A stretch of DNA of 64,000 bases from an uncultured Verrucomicrobiae bacterium (GCA_963837955.1 CAWIPH010000002.1:2464001-2528000), one strand, 5' to 3'. Positions 37,181 through 47,704 are shown, counted from the stretch's first letter. Numbers and translations are program-made. The notes: a model not told the origin generated them from the letters alone.

Positions 37181-38284
37181 TTATAGCTCTCTGTTCAACA
37201 CAAGGCCGCTGTTCTTATCGAAGAAATGCGTCCGGGCTTCGTCCAGTTGCACCCAGACCGGTTCGTGGAGCCGAGTCACAAAGCGGCTCGCCGTGCGGGC
37301 TCGGATCACAGCCTTCCCGATGCCGATATCCAGGATGTCGTAAGCGCCTAGCGGCTCGATCAAATGAACCTCTCCCGGTACATAACCGGGCTGCTCGGCT
37401 CGCTCGACCAGCACCGCCTCGGGCCTCACACCCAGCGCAATATCGGCGGGCTGGGCTGCGGCGACGCGCCGGTATACTTCGCCACCAAATTGGAACGGAG
37501 ATTCCATTCCATCGAAACGCACCTTGGTCGTCGAATCTGACGCTTCGACCCGGCAATTGACCACATTCATGATCGGGCTACCAACGAACTGCGCCACGAA
37601 CAGGTTAGCGGGCCATGAGTACACCTCCATTGGACTGCCAACCTGCTGCAACACACCCTCGTTCATGATTGCGATCCGATCGGCCATGGACATGGCTTCC
37701 ACCTGATCGTGAGTAACATAGATGGTGGTAGACTTGTTTTCGATATGCAGGCGACGTAGCTCAACCCGCATTTCTTCACGCAATTTCGCGTCCAGCGCGC
37801 CAATGGGTTCGTCCATCAGGATAGCTTTCGGTCGCCGGACTAAGGCGCGTCCAATAGTCACCCGCTGCATATCACCGCCCGCCAACGTGGATGGCCTTTT
37901 GTTCAACAAGTGCTCGATCCGCAAAACCTTGGCGACACTCTTTACTTTCTCGCGAACTTCCTTGTCGCTCATCCGGAAGGCGCGCAGCGGAAACGCAATA
38001 TTTTCAAACGCTGTCATGTGCGGATAGAGCGAGTAAAGCTGGAAAACGAAAGCGATATCACGCTCGCTCGCCGGCAACGATTCGACCGGTTTTCCGTCGA
38101 TGCGGATTTCACCAGTATCGATTTCTTCCAGTCCGGCGATGGCGCGTAGCGTCGTCGTTTTGCCGCAGCCGGAGGGTCCGAGGAGGACAACAAATTCGCC
38201 GTGGTTAATTCGTAAATTGAGCTTTCGGATAACCCAGTTCGTTCCGAAGTGCTTTTCGACGTCAATGAGATCTAGCTCGGCCAC
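37181..38284 (-). CDS. Carbohydrate ABC ATP-binding protein (MalK type)
   Basis: GPSGCGKTT, LAGGDMQR, MDEPIGALDAKLR, VTHDQVEA; GTG start. Confidence 0.95.
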   Translation of the reverse strand: MAELDLIDVEKHFGTNWVIRKLNLRINHGEFVVLLGPSGCGKTTTLRAIAGLEEIDTGEIRIDGKPVESLPASERDIAFVFQLYSLYPHMTAFENIAFPLRAFRMSDKEVREKVKSVAKVLRIEHLLNKRPSTLAGGDMQRVTIGRALVRRPKAILMDEPIGALDAKLREEMRVELRRLHIENKSTTIYVTHDQVEAMSMADRIAIMNEGVLQQVGSPMEVYSWPANLFVAQFVGSPIMNVVNCRVEASDSTTKVRFDGMESPFQFGGEVYRRVAAAQPADIALGVRPEAVLVERAEQPGYVPGEVHLIEPLGAYDILDIGIGKAVIRARTASRFVTRLHEPVWVQLDEARTHFFDKNSGLVLNREL

Positions 38285-38306
38285 AGTGCGATGCTTGTCT
38301 TGGTTG

Positions 38307-38516
38307 TCAGTGCGTGGACGAGCGCTCCAACCGGGGCGTTTGCTGCGTCTTTGGCGGACTGATCCGGGAAAAGATATTGAACAGGATTAGACCCACCAGA
38401 ATGATCGTCGCACCGTAGCTGTGTAGAAGCAGGTTCCATGGTTGGCAAAGGGCGATTACCCCAAATATCATCACCAGCATGGACAGCAGCTCAAGTCTTC
38501 TGGCATAGCGTCTCAT
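38307..38516 (-). CDS. Small two-TM membrane protein inside the ABC operon
   Basis: Two hydrophobic helices around LCQPW; fills the gap between the permease and the ATPase with 11- and 22-bp spacing. Confidence 0.75.
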   Translation of the reverse strand: MRRYARRLELLSMLVMIFGVIALCQPWNLLLHSYGATIILVGLILFNIFSRISPPKTQQTPRLERSSTH

Positions 38517-38527
38517 CGCAAGTCTCT

Positions 38528-39487
38528 TTATTTTCTCACTGCGCCGAAGGTGACTCCGCGCAACAGATGATTGCGCAATAGGAATGTGAATATCATTACT
38601 GGGAGGAGAAACAGGACAGCCCCGGCCGCAATCGTCGTCCAGTCCGTCAGACCTGATCCGAGCTGGGACGGGATATAGGGGGGTGCGGTTTGGGCCTTCC
38701 TTAGGGTCATGATGAGTGCGAATGCATATTCATTCCAAGCCGTGATGAAACAGAACACTGCCGTCGCTGCAATCCCGGTTACAGCCTGGGGCAACACGAT
38801 CTTAAAAAATGCTTCCATGCGGGTATAGCCGTCGACCAGCGCAGCTTCCTCATACTCCATCGGAATCTCATCGATAAAGCCTTTCATCACCCAGACTGAG
38901 AAAGACAGATTGAATGCAGTGTAGAGGATGATCAGCCCGATATGGGTGTCGACCAATGCAACCGTGCGATACATGAGGTACATTGGGATAGCCACCACTA
39001 CTGGAGGCAACATGCGGGTGGAGAGAATAAAGAACAGCCAGTCCGACTCCCCTGGCATTTTGAAGCGAGAAAATCCATAGGCGGTAACTGTTCCCATGGC
39101 CACGGCCAAAAAAGTGCTCGTCACGGCGATGATAAGGCTGTTGGTGAACCGGCCGACATAACCGGAGCTTTCGATGTTGCCCTTATCGTCCCGAATAAAG
39201 CGCTCGCCTCCATCCATAACGAGCTTTTCCCACCATGGCGCCTTGGCATACTCCTCCTTATTTGGCGCACCTCGCCTTTCCACCCGTGCCGTGAAGAGTT
39301 TGATGAAAGCAGTGATCTCCGGCTTGAAGAAGACGGTCGGCGGCACGGTGGTAGCTTCGGCCCGCGGCTTGAATGCGGTCGAACCAATCCAGTAGAGCGG
39401 GATCATCGTGATTACCAGTGCAGCAAGCACCAAAGCGATCGCGATGCGGTCCCAGAGGCGGTGCATTTTTGATTGAACTGCCCCCAT
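38528..39487 (-). CDS. Carbohydrate ABC permease (MalG type)
   Basis: NSLIIA, STRMLPP, EAA motif EYEEAALVDG, AWNEY. Confidence 0.95.
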   Translation of the reverse strand: MGAVQSKMHRLWDRIAIALVLAALVITMIPLYWIGSTAFKPRAEATTVPPTVFFKPEITAFIKLFTARVERRGAPNKEEYAKAPWWEKLVMDGGERFIRDDKGNIESSGYVGRFTNSLIIAVTSTFLAVAMGTVTAYGFSRFKMPGESDWLFFILSTRMLPPVVVAIPMYLMYRTVALVDTHIGLIILYTAFNLSFSVWVMKGFIDEIPMEYEEAALVDGYTRMEAFFKIVLPQAVTGIAATAVFCFITAWNEYAFALIMTLRKAQTAPPYIPSQLGSGLTDWTTIAAGAVLFLLPVMIFTFLLRNHLLRGVTFGAVRK

Positions 39488-39490
39488 GTT

Positions 39491-40384
39491 CTAGCGCTCC
39501 TTGAGCCTGTTCAGATACTTTATGTAGATCGTGGTGATCGCAAGCACCGCCAACAACACGATGTAAGCAAGGGCACAGGAACGGCCCGTCTGCCACTCCT
39601 GAAATGCCAGCTTATAGAGTCTGATCGAAACCAGTTCGGTTTCCTCCAAACTCGCCATGATGAACGCGATGTCGAACGTCTTGAACGCCTCCATCGTGCG
39701 AAAGATGATGGCAATCAATAAAAGCGGTGCGACGAGAGGTAGAGTGATACGCCTGAACACAAACCAGGGCGGCGCGCGGTCGATGGCCGCTGCCTCGTAA
39801 AGGGAAGAGGGAATAGCTGAAAGTCCGGCCAGGCACAGTAGCATCACGAACGGTGACCACATCCAGATATCCGTGATTGCGATCGCATAGAGGGCTACGT
39901 CGGGGTTGGAGAGCCATTCCATTTTCTCCAGACCGAGAAGATAGTTCACGATTCCCCAGGACGGATTGTAGAGTAACTGCCAGAACAACCCCACCACTGC
40001 CGCCGACATCATCATGGGCAGCAGCAATATGGTCGTTAGCAGGCCTTTACCCGGGATGGGACGGTTGAGCAACAGGGCAAGACCAAAGCCCACTATCACC
40101 TGCCCAGCAACGGATATGACCACGTACTTAGCTGTAATCGTGAAGTTGTTCCAGATCCCATCATCGGTCAGCAACTCCTGGTAGTTCTGCAGGCCGATGA
40201 AGTTGGCCGGCCGGTTGCTTGCTGCGCGATAGTCAGTGAACGAAAAGCCGAGCGAATAGAGCAAGGGAAAGATGTTGAAGACAATCAAGAAAGCGATCGT
40301 CGGAATGATGAACCAGTTACGGATCGCTAGATCTGACATCCCCTGACTTGCCAGCGACGATCCTCTGGTTTGAGCCCTATGCAT
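39491..40384 (-). CDS. Carbohydrate ABC permease (MalF type)
   Basis: FIGLQNY, DIWMWSPF, LYEAAAID, FRRITLP, FKTFD. Confidence 0.95.
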   Translation of the reverse strand: MHRAQTRGSSLASQGMSDLAIRNWFIIPTIAFLIVFNIFPLLYSLGFSFTDYRAASNRPANFIGLQNYQELLTDDGIWNNFTITAKYVVISVAGQVIVGFGLALLLNRPIPGKGLLTTILLLPMMMSAAVVGLFWQLLYNPSWGIVNYLLGLEKMEWLSNPDVALYAIAITDIWMWSPFVMLLCLAGLSAIPSSLYEAAAIDRAPPWFVFRRITLPLVAPLLLIAIIFRTMEAFKTFDIAFIMASLEETELVSIRLYKLAFQEWQTGRSCALAYIVLLAVLAITTIYIKYLNRLKER

Positions 40385-40490
40385 TTATTGAGCGGCTAAT
40401 CGTAGGAAGTGTATGCGGCGGTGAACGCATACCGACTACAAAAGCAGGAAGGTCGCGCGGGAGCGTTTCGCTCCCGCGTGACGAAATCCA

Positions 40491-41804
40491 TCATTTCAGA
40501 AGATTTGCTTTCTTAAGGATGGCTTCCCAATCCTTCATCAGCGCATTCTGTACGTCTTGGGCTGTCCCGCCTTTATTGGCAACGATGTATGGGTGCCAAC
40601 GTTTTTGGGCCGTCGAGAGCATCTCGGCGTATTCGGGAATCGTCCAGAAGTCCTTCACCATCTGCATCGATTCATAGAAGGCCTCGTTGTAAGGCGTAGC
40701 CTTGCGGAACTCCTCAGACGCCAGAATCTTCGCATCGCAGGTATAGCCTCCTAGTTCGCCCCACTTCTTCTGCACGTCCTGGCGAATGAACCACTCGCAA
40801 AACTTGAAGCATTGATCGCGCTTCTTAGAGTAACTGACAATCGAAAGCCCTTGTCCGCCCAAAGCAGCGAAGCGCTTGCCGGTAGGACCGGCAGGCATAG
40901 AGAAATAGCCGGTGGCCTTGGCGTATTTGTTGGTGGCTTCATTGGCCAGCGCCGGGAAAAAAGCAAAGAAATTCATGCTCATCGCCACCTGGCCATTAGT
41001 GAACGCCTGGTTCGCTTCCAGGAAGAACGTCTTACTCCAGTCGGGCGGACAGAATCCGTAGAGTTCCTTGTACAATTTGAGCCCTTCGACCGCTTCCTTT
41101 GAGTTGGTGATGCCCTCTACCTGATTGGTGGCGTAATCGCCCATGTCACCCCCATAGCCAAAGATCGTGTTCATGATGCCCATCACCAGCGCATCGTATG
41201 AATTATCCGTGTAGACCGTGCAACCGTAGCGCTTCTCCTTCGGTCGATAGAAGAACTCGGCGATGTCGCGCAGCTGTTTCCAGGTTTTGGGCACATCCAG
41301 CTCGTAGCCATATTTGGCTTTGAACGCCGCCTTCTCCTTTGGATCTTCAAACCAGTCCTTGCGATAGGCCCATCCGTTCGCATCTCCTTCCAGAGGGATT
41401 CCCCAGTAATGGCCGCTCTTTCCCGGATATTCCGCGTAACCGACGACCGTCGCTTTTGCCATTTTGTTGACGACGTCATTCTTCTTGAAAAAATCGGTCA
41501 GTTCGACGTAATGCCCTGCGGTCGAACCCGCGCCAAGCCACTGCGAGTCTCCGACCACCATGTCGTAAGCATCGCCATGGGCATTCCATTCGGTGAACGC
41601 CTTGGTCTGGAAATCGGCCCACGGAGTGGTTTCCACCACCACCTCCACGCCGGTCTCTTTTTGATAATCTTTGACTAACTCCTGCAGATAGTTAGCCGGA
41701 TCCCATTGCGCCCATAGGATCGTAAGTTTTTCTGCTCCGTAACTGGCCGTGCTAAGGGCCAAAAGCACGGTAGCGCCTACTGACTTGAGAAGCCACCTGA
41801 TCAT
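40491..41804 (-). CDS. Carbohydrate/polyol ABC substrate-binding protein (SBP_bac_1 type)
   Basis: Signal peptide MIRWLLKSVGATVLLALSTASYG; WAQWDPANYL, GDSQWLG, YRKDWF, ALGGQG. SD GAGG before ATG 41804. Confidence 0.93.
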   Translation of the reverse strand: MIRWLLKSVGATVLLALSTASYGAEKLTILWAQWDPANYLQELVKDYQKETGVEVVVETTPWADFQTKAFTEWNAHGDAYDMVVGDSQWLGAGSTAGHYVELTDFFKKNDVVNKMAKATVVGYAEYPGKSGHYWGIPLEGDANGWAYRKDWFEDPKEKAAFKAKYGYELDVPKTWKQLRDIAEFFYRPKEKRYGCTVYTDNSYDALVMGIMNTIFGYGGDMGDYATNQVEGITNSKEAVEGLKLYKELYGFCPPDWSKTFFLEANQAFTNGQVAMSMNFFAFFPALANEATNKYAKATGYFSMPAGPTGKRFAALGGQGLSIVSYSKKRDQCFKFCEWFIRQDVQKKWGELGGYTCDAKILASEEFRKATPYNEAFYESMQMVKDFWTIPEYAEMLSTAQKRWHPYIVANKGGTAQDVQNALMKDWEAILKKANLLK

Positions 41805-41978
41805 GTCGCCTCGTTCTTTAGATATTGTTTGGGGGGTAAAAAAAAGTCCGACCTCGGTCGCTAGACCGAATACCGGCCGGACCAAATTAGACTAGAAATC
41901 TAGCAAAACAGTGTCAAGAAGCGAGTGGTTTTGACCCTGGCTAGCGTCGGGAAATCGGCGCGCTTCACGAGCGCTGGG

Positions 41979-42090
41979 CCAGGAGTTCTCTTTGCCGTTG
42001 CTTGCCTCGGACCGGTATTGGCCTGGATCGAGTCCAGCTTTCGGCATGGACTGGACCGGTCATCATTTCATCATTCTGGACGTACGCACC
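41979..42090 (-). pseudogene. Internal relic of a paralog of the SBP gene at 30835-31965
   Basis: Matches 31108-31224. Encodes GAYVQNDEMMTG, then after a 5-nt deletion QSMPKAGLDPGQYRSEASNGKENSW (intact copy: QAMQEAGLDPSKYWLGSSNGKEKSW). Confidence 0.88.
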
Positions 42091-42194
42091 GCAGCTCGCA
42101 AAGCGGAGGTAACCTGTCGAGAGGGTTGGCGTTTTTCCTATTAGATCAGCTAGCTGCCGTTCAGCTCAGCTTTCAATTCCGACAGGCTGCTAGT

Positions 42195-43040
42195 CTAAAC
42201 CGCATTCCAGGTGTCTCGGATAAATTTATATCCTTCTGTCACCACCTCGTCCGGCTCTTTGAAAAAGTCGCGCCAGACTCGGGTTGGTTCCACCAACTCG
42301 GGAAGCGCTCTTCCGAATGCTTCGATGGTCAACCAACCGTTGTATCCGCCCGACTTCATTATTCGAAAGATAGCCGGGAAATCGATGTGACCGCGCCCCG
42401 GAACGCCGCGGTCGTTGTTTGACACATGAACGTGCACTATCTCAGCTGCATTTTCGGAAAAGGCTTTTGGCAGGTTTTCTTCTTCAATGTTTGCGTGGAA
42501 AGTATCGAACATTGCCTTGAAGTTTGGATGACCGACTCGGCGAACGTAAGTAGCGGCAGCCGCCGTCGTGTTGAGGAAGTAGCATTCAAACCGATTCAGA
42601 GCCTCAACAGCAAGATACACATTGTGACGCTGTGCCTCATCCGCCACCTCTCGGTGAACCTCAGCGGCGCGTTTGAATTCTTCTTCGGTGGGTCCAGTTC
42701 CGGAGAACACCCCCAAAGCCTGGTGGAATGGTCCACACAAGATATCCGCACCGAGAATAGCCGATTGGCGCACGATCGTCTTCAACCGTTCCGCCGCCGC
42801 TTTCCGGATCGCGGGATCGGGGCTGATTGCGCTGGCCTCGGGAGTCGCTATCGTAATGGCAGAGGTTTTTAGCTGCAGTTCATCTAACTTCTTGCGCAGT
42901 TTGTGATAATGCGCGTCATCTCCGGCAAAGATTGGGATTTCAACGCCATCGAATCCGGTGGATTTGATCTTTTCGAGTTGGGGGTAGTACTCCTGGGTGA
43001 CGTCAGTTGCCCAGAGCAGCAAATTCATGCCGATTTTCAT
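42195..43040 (-). CDS. Ketose 3-epimerase, D-tagatose/D-psicose 3-epimerase family
   Basis: GFDGVEIP and metal/catalytic motifs EALNRFE, DTFHANIEE, HVHVSNNDRGVPG, IEAF. Confidence 0.9.
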   Translation of the reverse strand: MKIGMNLLLWATDVTQEYYPQLEKIKSTGFDGVEIPIFAGDDAHYHKLRKKLDELQLKTSAITIATPEASAISPDPAIRKAAAERLKTIVRQSAILGADILCGPFHQALGVFSGTGPTEEEFKRAAEVHREVADEAQRHNVYLAVEALNRFECYFLNTTAAAATYVRRVGHPNFKAMFDTFHANIEEENLPKAFSENAAEIVHVHVSNNDRGVPGRGHIDFPAIFRIMKSGGYNGWLTIEAFGRALPELVEPTRVWRDFFKEPDEVVTEGYKFIRDTWNAV

Positions 43041-43368
43041 AATTGTTCTGATGGGGGGAATCCTTCGCTCGGAGGCAACACCGCGGAGAACTTTGGTACA
43101 TCGGTTCCCGGCCTTATTGCGTGAGCCGAATTAATTGTACTAAATAAAGACTCAAAAGAAAATTTGGAAGCCCAAGGGGCACCTAATTCTGGAAAAACTT
43201 CGCGATATTGGGATACCGATGAGGATTGAAACTAGATCGGTAAAGTCTAATATCTGTTAGACCCCCCAACTCAAAAAATTAGGATTACCTCCGACGGAGA
43301 GCTAACGCAGGGCCCCGAAGGCTATGCGGCGGAGCCGCGTTCAAGCTCTTCGATTTTGATTCCATATC

Positions 43369-44406
43369 ATGAATACTTCTCCCAAATTACATAATGCGAT
43401 GTGGCCTGGCCTGGTTGGCAAAGGGCCAGGATCGGAGCCCTTCATTGATCTCGATACAATGCTGAATCTCACCGCGTCGGCCGAAAGCGATGGGTTTCGA
43501 TTTGAAGGGGTCGATTTATTCCTGTCCGACCCGCATATTAGTATTGATTCGACTGACGATCAGCTCAAACAGCTCGCTGACAAAATCGCTTCCAAAAACC
43601 TCGTGGTTGGTTCCGTGGTTGCGCCGGTCTGGCCGCCTACGGGGGGCGGATCCGCTATGGGCAGACCGGAGGACCGGCATCGTTTTGTCGAACAGGTTAG
43701 GAAGGCGAGCCGGATTGCCAGAACCCTACGTCAACTCGGAATCAGACCGTACGGCATAGTCCGCATCGATTCTGCGACCGATCCTGGGAGTTGGGCCAAT
43801 GATCCGGACGGCTCGAAGAAGATTGCATCGACTTTTCGGGAGTGTTGCAACATTGCCGAAGATCAAGGTGAACGGCTGGCCGCTGAAGGCGAAATTTGTT
43901 GGGGTGGTATGCACAGTTGGAAGCGAATGGTAGAACTCTTGGAATTAGTTGATCGGCCCCGGACTCTCGGTTTCCAGGCCGACATGGCGCACACGTTACT
44001 CTACACGATGGGATATAACGCTCCCGAAGACGCCATATTACCGCACGGATTCGACTGGAAAGATGAAGGGCGGCTGCAAGAGGCTTTGAAGACCATGACG
44101 CATGCCCTCCGTCCTTGGACCATCGATTTTCACGTTGCTCAAAACGATGCCACGGTTAAAGGCGGCGGCTCGCATGATAAGACGGGGAGGCATTGCCTGC
44201 CCGACGATCCGAATGGGAAACTGAACATTGCGAGGGATGCCGGCCATTGGTTACGGGACGACAATGGGAAACTTACGAAGGCTTTCCAGCATATCTGTTG
44301 GGACGGCTGCATGTTCCCAAACGAGGTGATGTTGAAACAGCAGACATGGAACTCGATTTTAGGCGTGATGCGTTCAGTCCGCGAAGCCCACGGGTGGCAG
44401 GGTTAG
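43369..44406 (+). CDS. Xylose-isomerase-like TIM-barrel protein (AP_endonuc_2 family)
   Basis: [38 protein letters not shown]; metal-ligand spacing typical of sugar isomerases/epimerases/dehydratases. Confidence 0.82.
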   Translation: MNTSPKLHNAMWPGLVGKGPGSEPFIDLDTMLNLTASAESDGFRFEGVDLFLSDPHISIDSTDDQLKQLADKIASKNLVVGSVVAPVWPPTGGGSAMGRPEDRHRFVEQVRKASRIARTLRQLGIRPYGIVRIDSATDPGSWANDPDGSKKIASTFRECCNIAEDQGERLAAEGEICWGGMHSWKRMVELLELVDRPRTLGFQADMAHTLLYTMGYNAPEDAILPHGFDWKDEGRLQEALKTMTHALRPWTIDFHVAQNDATVKGGGSHDKTGRHCLPDDPNGKLNIARDAGHWLRDDNGKLTKAFQHICWDGCMFPNEVMLKQQTWNSILGVMRSVREAHGWQG

Positions 44407-44539
44407 GAAACGCCGTGAGAGGTGATTGGTGATTGTTCCGCGAAATTTGTTACTCCATTGCTCCCAGGCTCACAGATCCTGCCTTCGCTGGATCTTTGTC
44501 GCCCTATCGTTATTGCATAATCCGAGACTTTGAACCTTT

Positions 44540-45673
44540 ATGAAGAAACTTAACATTGGCCTGGTCGGCTATGGTTTTATGGGACGGGCGCACTCGAATG
44601 CGTATCTAACCGTGAGCCAGTTTTTCGATCTGAAGTATCAACCGGTGCTCAAAGCGGTTGCCGCGAGGGATCCGGAAAAGGTGAAACAATTTGCGCAAAA
44701 ATGGGGCTACAAGTCGCATTACGCGGACTGGAGACGATTGATCGACGACCCCGAGATCGACGTCATCGACATCGCTAGTCCGAACGATACCCATGCCGAG
44801 ATTGCAGTTGCTGCAGCTCGGGCCGGGAAAATGATTTTGTGCGATAAACCACTTGCTCGGAATCTGCAGGAAGCGCAGCAGATGGTCGATGCGGTGAAGA
44901 AAGCGGGTGTCCGGACGATGGTCTGGTACAACTACCGCAGAATTCCGGCGGTTACGCTCGCAAAACAGATCATCGCGGCCGGCAAGCTGGGTCGCATCTT
45001 TCATTACCGGGCAAAGTTCTTACAGGACTGGACGATCTCCGCCGAAGTGCCGCAAGGCGGCGCGGCAACTTGGCGATTGGATAAAAACGTGGCTGGGAGC
45101 GGAGTGACGGGGGATCTGCTGGCTCACTGCATTGACACGGCGATCTGGCTAAATGGCGAAATGGACTCCGTCTCCGCGGTCGCCGAGACCTTTATAAAGG
45201 AGCGGAAACACAATTTGACCGGTAAAAAGGAAAAGGTTGGGATCGATGACGCCTGCGCATTCCTAGCCCGGTTTAAGAATGGATCGCTGGCGACCTTCGA
45301 GGCGACCCGTTACGCGCGCGGGCACAAGGCGCTTTACACCCTCGAGATTAACGGCGAACACGGATCGCTCGCCTGGGACCTGCACGATCTGCATCGGTTG
45401 CAATGGTTTGATCACAAGGATGAAGGATCACTCCGCGGCTGGCGATCTGTCCATGTCACGGATGGAGATCATCCGTATATGGCTCATTGGTGGGTGCCGG
45501 GCTTGGCCATCGGATTCGAACATTCGTTTATCCATCAGGTGGCGGATTTTTTGAATTCACTTGACGGAGAGAAACCGGCTGAACCTACTTTTGAGGATGC
45601 GATGCAGACGGAGAGAGTTGTGAATGCGGTGCTCCGGTCGGCGGGATCAGGTAAGTGGGAAAAAGCAGACTAA
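44540..45673 (+). CDS. Gfo/Idh/MocA family oxidoreductase (levoglucosan/glycoside-3-dehydrogenase-like)
   Basis: [52 protein letters not shown]. Confidence 0.92.
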   Translation: MKKLNIGLVGYGFMGRAHSNAYLTVSQFFDLKYQPVLKAVAARDPEKVKQFAQKWGYKSHYADWRRLIDDPEIDVIDIASPNDTHAEIAVAAARAGKMILCDKPLARNLQEAQQMVDAVKKAGVRTMVWYNYRRIPAVTLAKQIIAAGKLGRIFHYRAKFLQDWTISAEVPQGGAATWRLDKNVAGSGVTGDLLAHCIDTAIWLNGEMDSVSAVAETFIKERKHNLTGKKEKVGIDDACAFLARFKNGSLATFEATRYARGHKALYTLEINGEHGSLAWDLHDLHRLQWFDHKDEGSLRGWRSVHVTDGDHPYMAHWWVPGLAIGFEHSFIHQVADFLNSLDGEKPAEPTFEDAMQTERVVNAVLRSAGSGKWEKAD

Positions 45674-45754
45674 CCCCCATCTTTTGATGTAATCGTAGAA
45701 GGTGCTAGGTCTGATCGAATTCTTTGTCCGCAAATAGAGAAAAATACACCCGCT

Positions 45755-46162
45755 ATGCAGAAACTTGGATCTGGCGTTATTACCGCCACACAAGACGTTG
45801 ATTGCCTCGAATTTGACTGGGGAAAAATTCACTTCCTCAGTGAACCTGCGGTTACCAACGCGGACCGATTCAGCTTCGGCATTGTTGAATTGTCGCAGGG
45901 AAAAGGGCACGCAAGACATAACCATCCCGGTTCCGAAGAAATTATCTATGTCGTATCCGGAGAGGGTGAACAAATGGTGGACGACCAACCACCCGTAAAG
46001 GTTGCTCCTGGCGCTAGTATATATATTCCGGCTGACGTTTACCATTCCACCGTGAACACCGGTCCGGAAACAATGAAGCTCATCGTCGTCTATTCACCGG
46101 CTGGACCAGAACGGTTACTGCGCGAAATTCCAGGCTGCAAAGTCATCCCGCCGAGAGGCTAG
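45755..46162 (+). CDS. Cupin domain protein
   Basis: Metal motifs GHARHNHPGSEEIIYVVSGEG and YIPADVYHST. Confidence 0.92.
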   Translation: MQKLGSGVITATQDVDCLEFDWGKIHFLSEPAVTNADRFSFGIVELSQGKGHARHNHPGSEEIIYVVSGEGEQMVDDQPPVKVAPGASIYIPADVYHSTVNTGPETMKLIVVYSPAGPERLLREIPGCKVIPPRG

Positions 46163-46196
46163 CATCCTGTCATTCGGACGCTCGACCAATCCGCGA

Positions 46197-46378
46197 TCGG
46201 TAGGGCGAAAGCCTGGTACGGTATCAGCCGTACCGGCTTGAGCCGTTCGTGCCCGTCCGACTGATGAATGCGACGAAAAAAAACGCATCACAGATTGATG
46301 CAACGGACGGCTCAAACCCGGCGCGACCCGCGCAAAAAAAATCGAAACCTTCCCAGCGCGCCGGATTTTCGCCCTACC
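46197..46378. repeat. REP family B doublet inside the operon
   Basis: tcggtagggcgaaagcc...ggcttgagccg ... cggctcaaacc...ttttcgccctacc. Confidence 0.82.
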
Positions 46379-46456
46379 AGTCAGGGATATTGCTACCCGA
46401 AGACCTTGACACATCCAGAGCGAGTACCGACAGGATAACTAATTCCCGTCCCGCTT

Positions 46457-47704
46457 ATGGCCAAAACAGTCTGTATTGTTGGAGCCTTCGATACGAAAGG
46501 CGAAGATCACGCGTTCTTGCGTGAAGAAATTCTCAAACTTGGTCAGCAAGTGCTTACGGTAAATATCGGCGTACTTGGTAGCACTACGCTGTTTCCCGTA
46601 GACTTCGAAGCGAACGAGGTAATCAATGCGGTTGGTCTTGATCTAGAACAAATCCGGGCAGGGAAGGACAAGGCTGCGGCGATGAAAGCGTTCGACCAAG
46701 GTGCGCCCAGACTTGTCCGGGACTTGTATGACCAGGGGCGATTCGACGGTATCATTGGCATGGGAGGGTCAGGCGGCTCGGCGATTATTGCCTCTGCGAT
46801 GCGGGCCCTGCCAATTGGGGTGCCGAAGGTGCTCGTATCGACGGTCGCCTCCGGAGATGTGTCCTTTTATGTCCGTGGCAAAGACATCACCATGATCCCG
46901 TCGATTGTCGACGTAGCCGGAGTGAATCGTGTTTCTCGCCTGATCTACGTTCGAGCTGCCGGCGCAATCTGCGGCATGGTCCAAAACGAACCGCCGCGCG
47001 CCACCGACGACCGGCCGATTATCACGGCGTCGATGTTCGGGAACACCACCGACTGCGTCGGCGCTTGTTCAAAGATTCTAAAGGAAAAGGGATTTGAGGT
47101 ACTAGTGTTTCACGCCACCGGGGCAGGGGGACGCGCCATGGAAACGCTGGTCGCGGACGGTTTGGTTGAAGCTGTACTAGACATCACCACGACCGAGTGG
47201 GCCGATGAGCTTTGCCACGGCATCTTTAGCGCAGGTCCTGAACGGTTGGATGCGCCGGGGCAGCGTGGTATTCCGCACCTCATCGTGCCGGGATGCGTTG
47301 ATATGGCAAATTTTGGTGCTCCATCGACTGTTCCGGAAAAATTTCGGCAGGCGAAGCGGCTGTTTTATGAGTGGAATCCTTCGGTGACACTCATGCGAAC
47401 TAACGTGGAAGAAAATCGTCAGATGGGCGAAATTTTTGCCAGGAAAGCCAACCTGGCGGCTGGTCCGGTGGCGTTTTTGATTCCGCTTAGAGGTGTTTCC
47501 ATGCTGGATGGAGACGGTCAGATGTTCTGTGATCGAGATGCCGACCGAGCCATGTTTGATGCAATCAAGGCAAACCTCAAACCAGGTATTCCGGTGGTCG
47601 AGCTTGATCTGAATATCAATGATCCACTCTTCGCAGCTAAAGCTGTCGAAATGATGCTTGAGCTGATGCAGCGAACGACAGCGAACGACAGCGAACGACA
47701 ATGA
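46457..47704 (+). CDS. Tm-1-like ATP-binding domain protein (UPF0261)
   Basis: GAFDTKGED, GMGGSGGS, LPIGVPKVLVSTVASG, SMFGNTT, VFHATGAGG, LDITTTE, PGCVDMANF, VTLMRT. Confidence 0.92.
   Translation: MAKTVCIVGAFDTKGEDHAFLREEILKLGQQVLTVNIGVLGSTTLFPVDFEANEVINAVGLDLEQIRAGKDKAAAMKAFDQGAPRLVRDLYDQGRFDGIIGMGGSGGSAIIASAMRALPIGVPKVLVSTVASGDVSFYVRGKDITMIPSIVDVAGVNRVSRLIYVRAAGAICGMVQNEPPRATDDRPIITASMFGNTTDCVGACSKILKEKGFEVLVFHATGAGGRAMETLVADGLVEAVLDITTTEWADELCHGIFSAGPERLDAPGQRGIPHLIVPGCVDMANFGAPSTVPEKFRQAKRLFYEWNPSVTLMRTNVEENRQMGEIFARKANLAAGPVAFLIPLRGVSMLDGDGQMFCDRDADRAMFDAIKANLKPGIPVVELDLNINDPLFAAKAVEMMLELMQRTTANDSERQ

Noticed and set aside
41925..42422. 165-aa plus-strand ORF resembling ORF 30838-31464
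   Set aside because: The similarity is just the antisense reading of the SBP relic and of the epimerase end.
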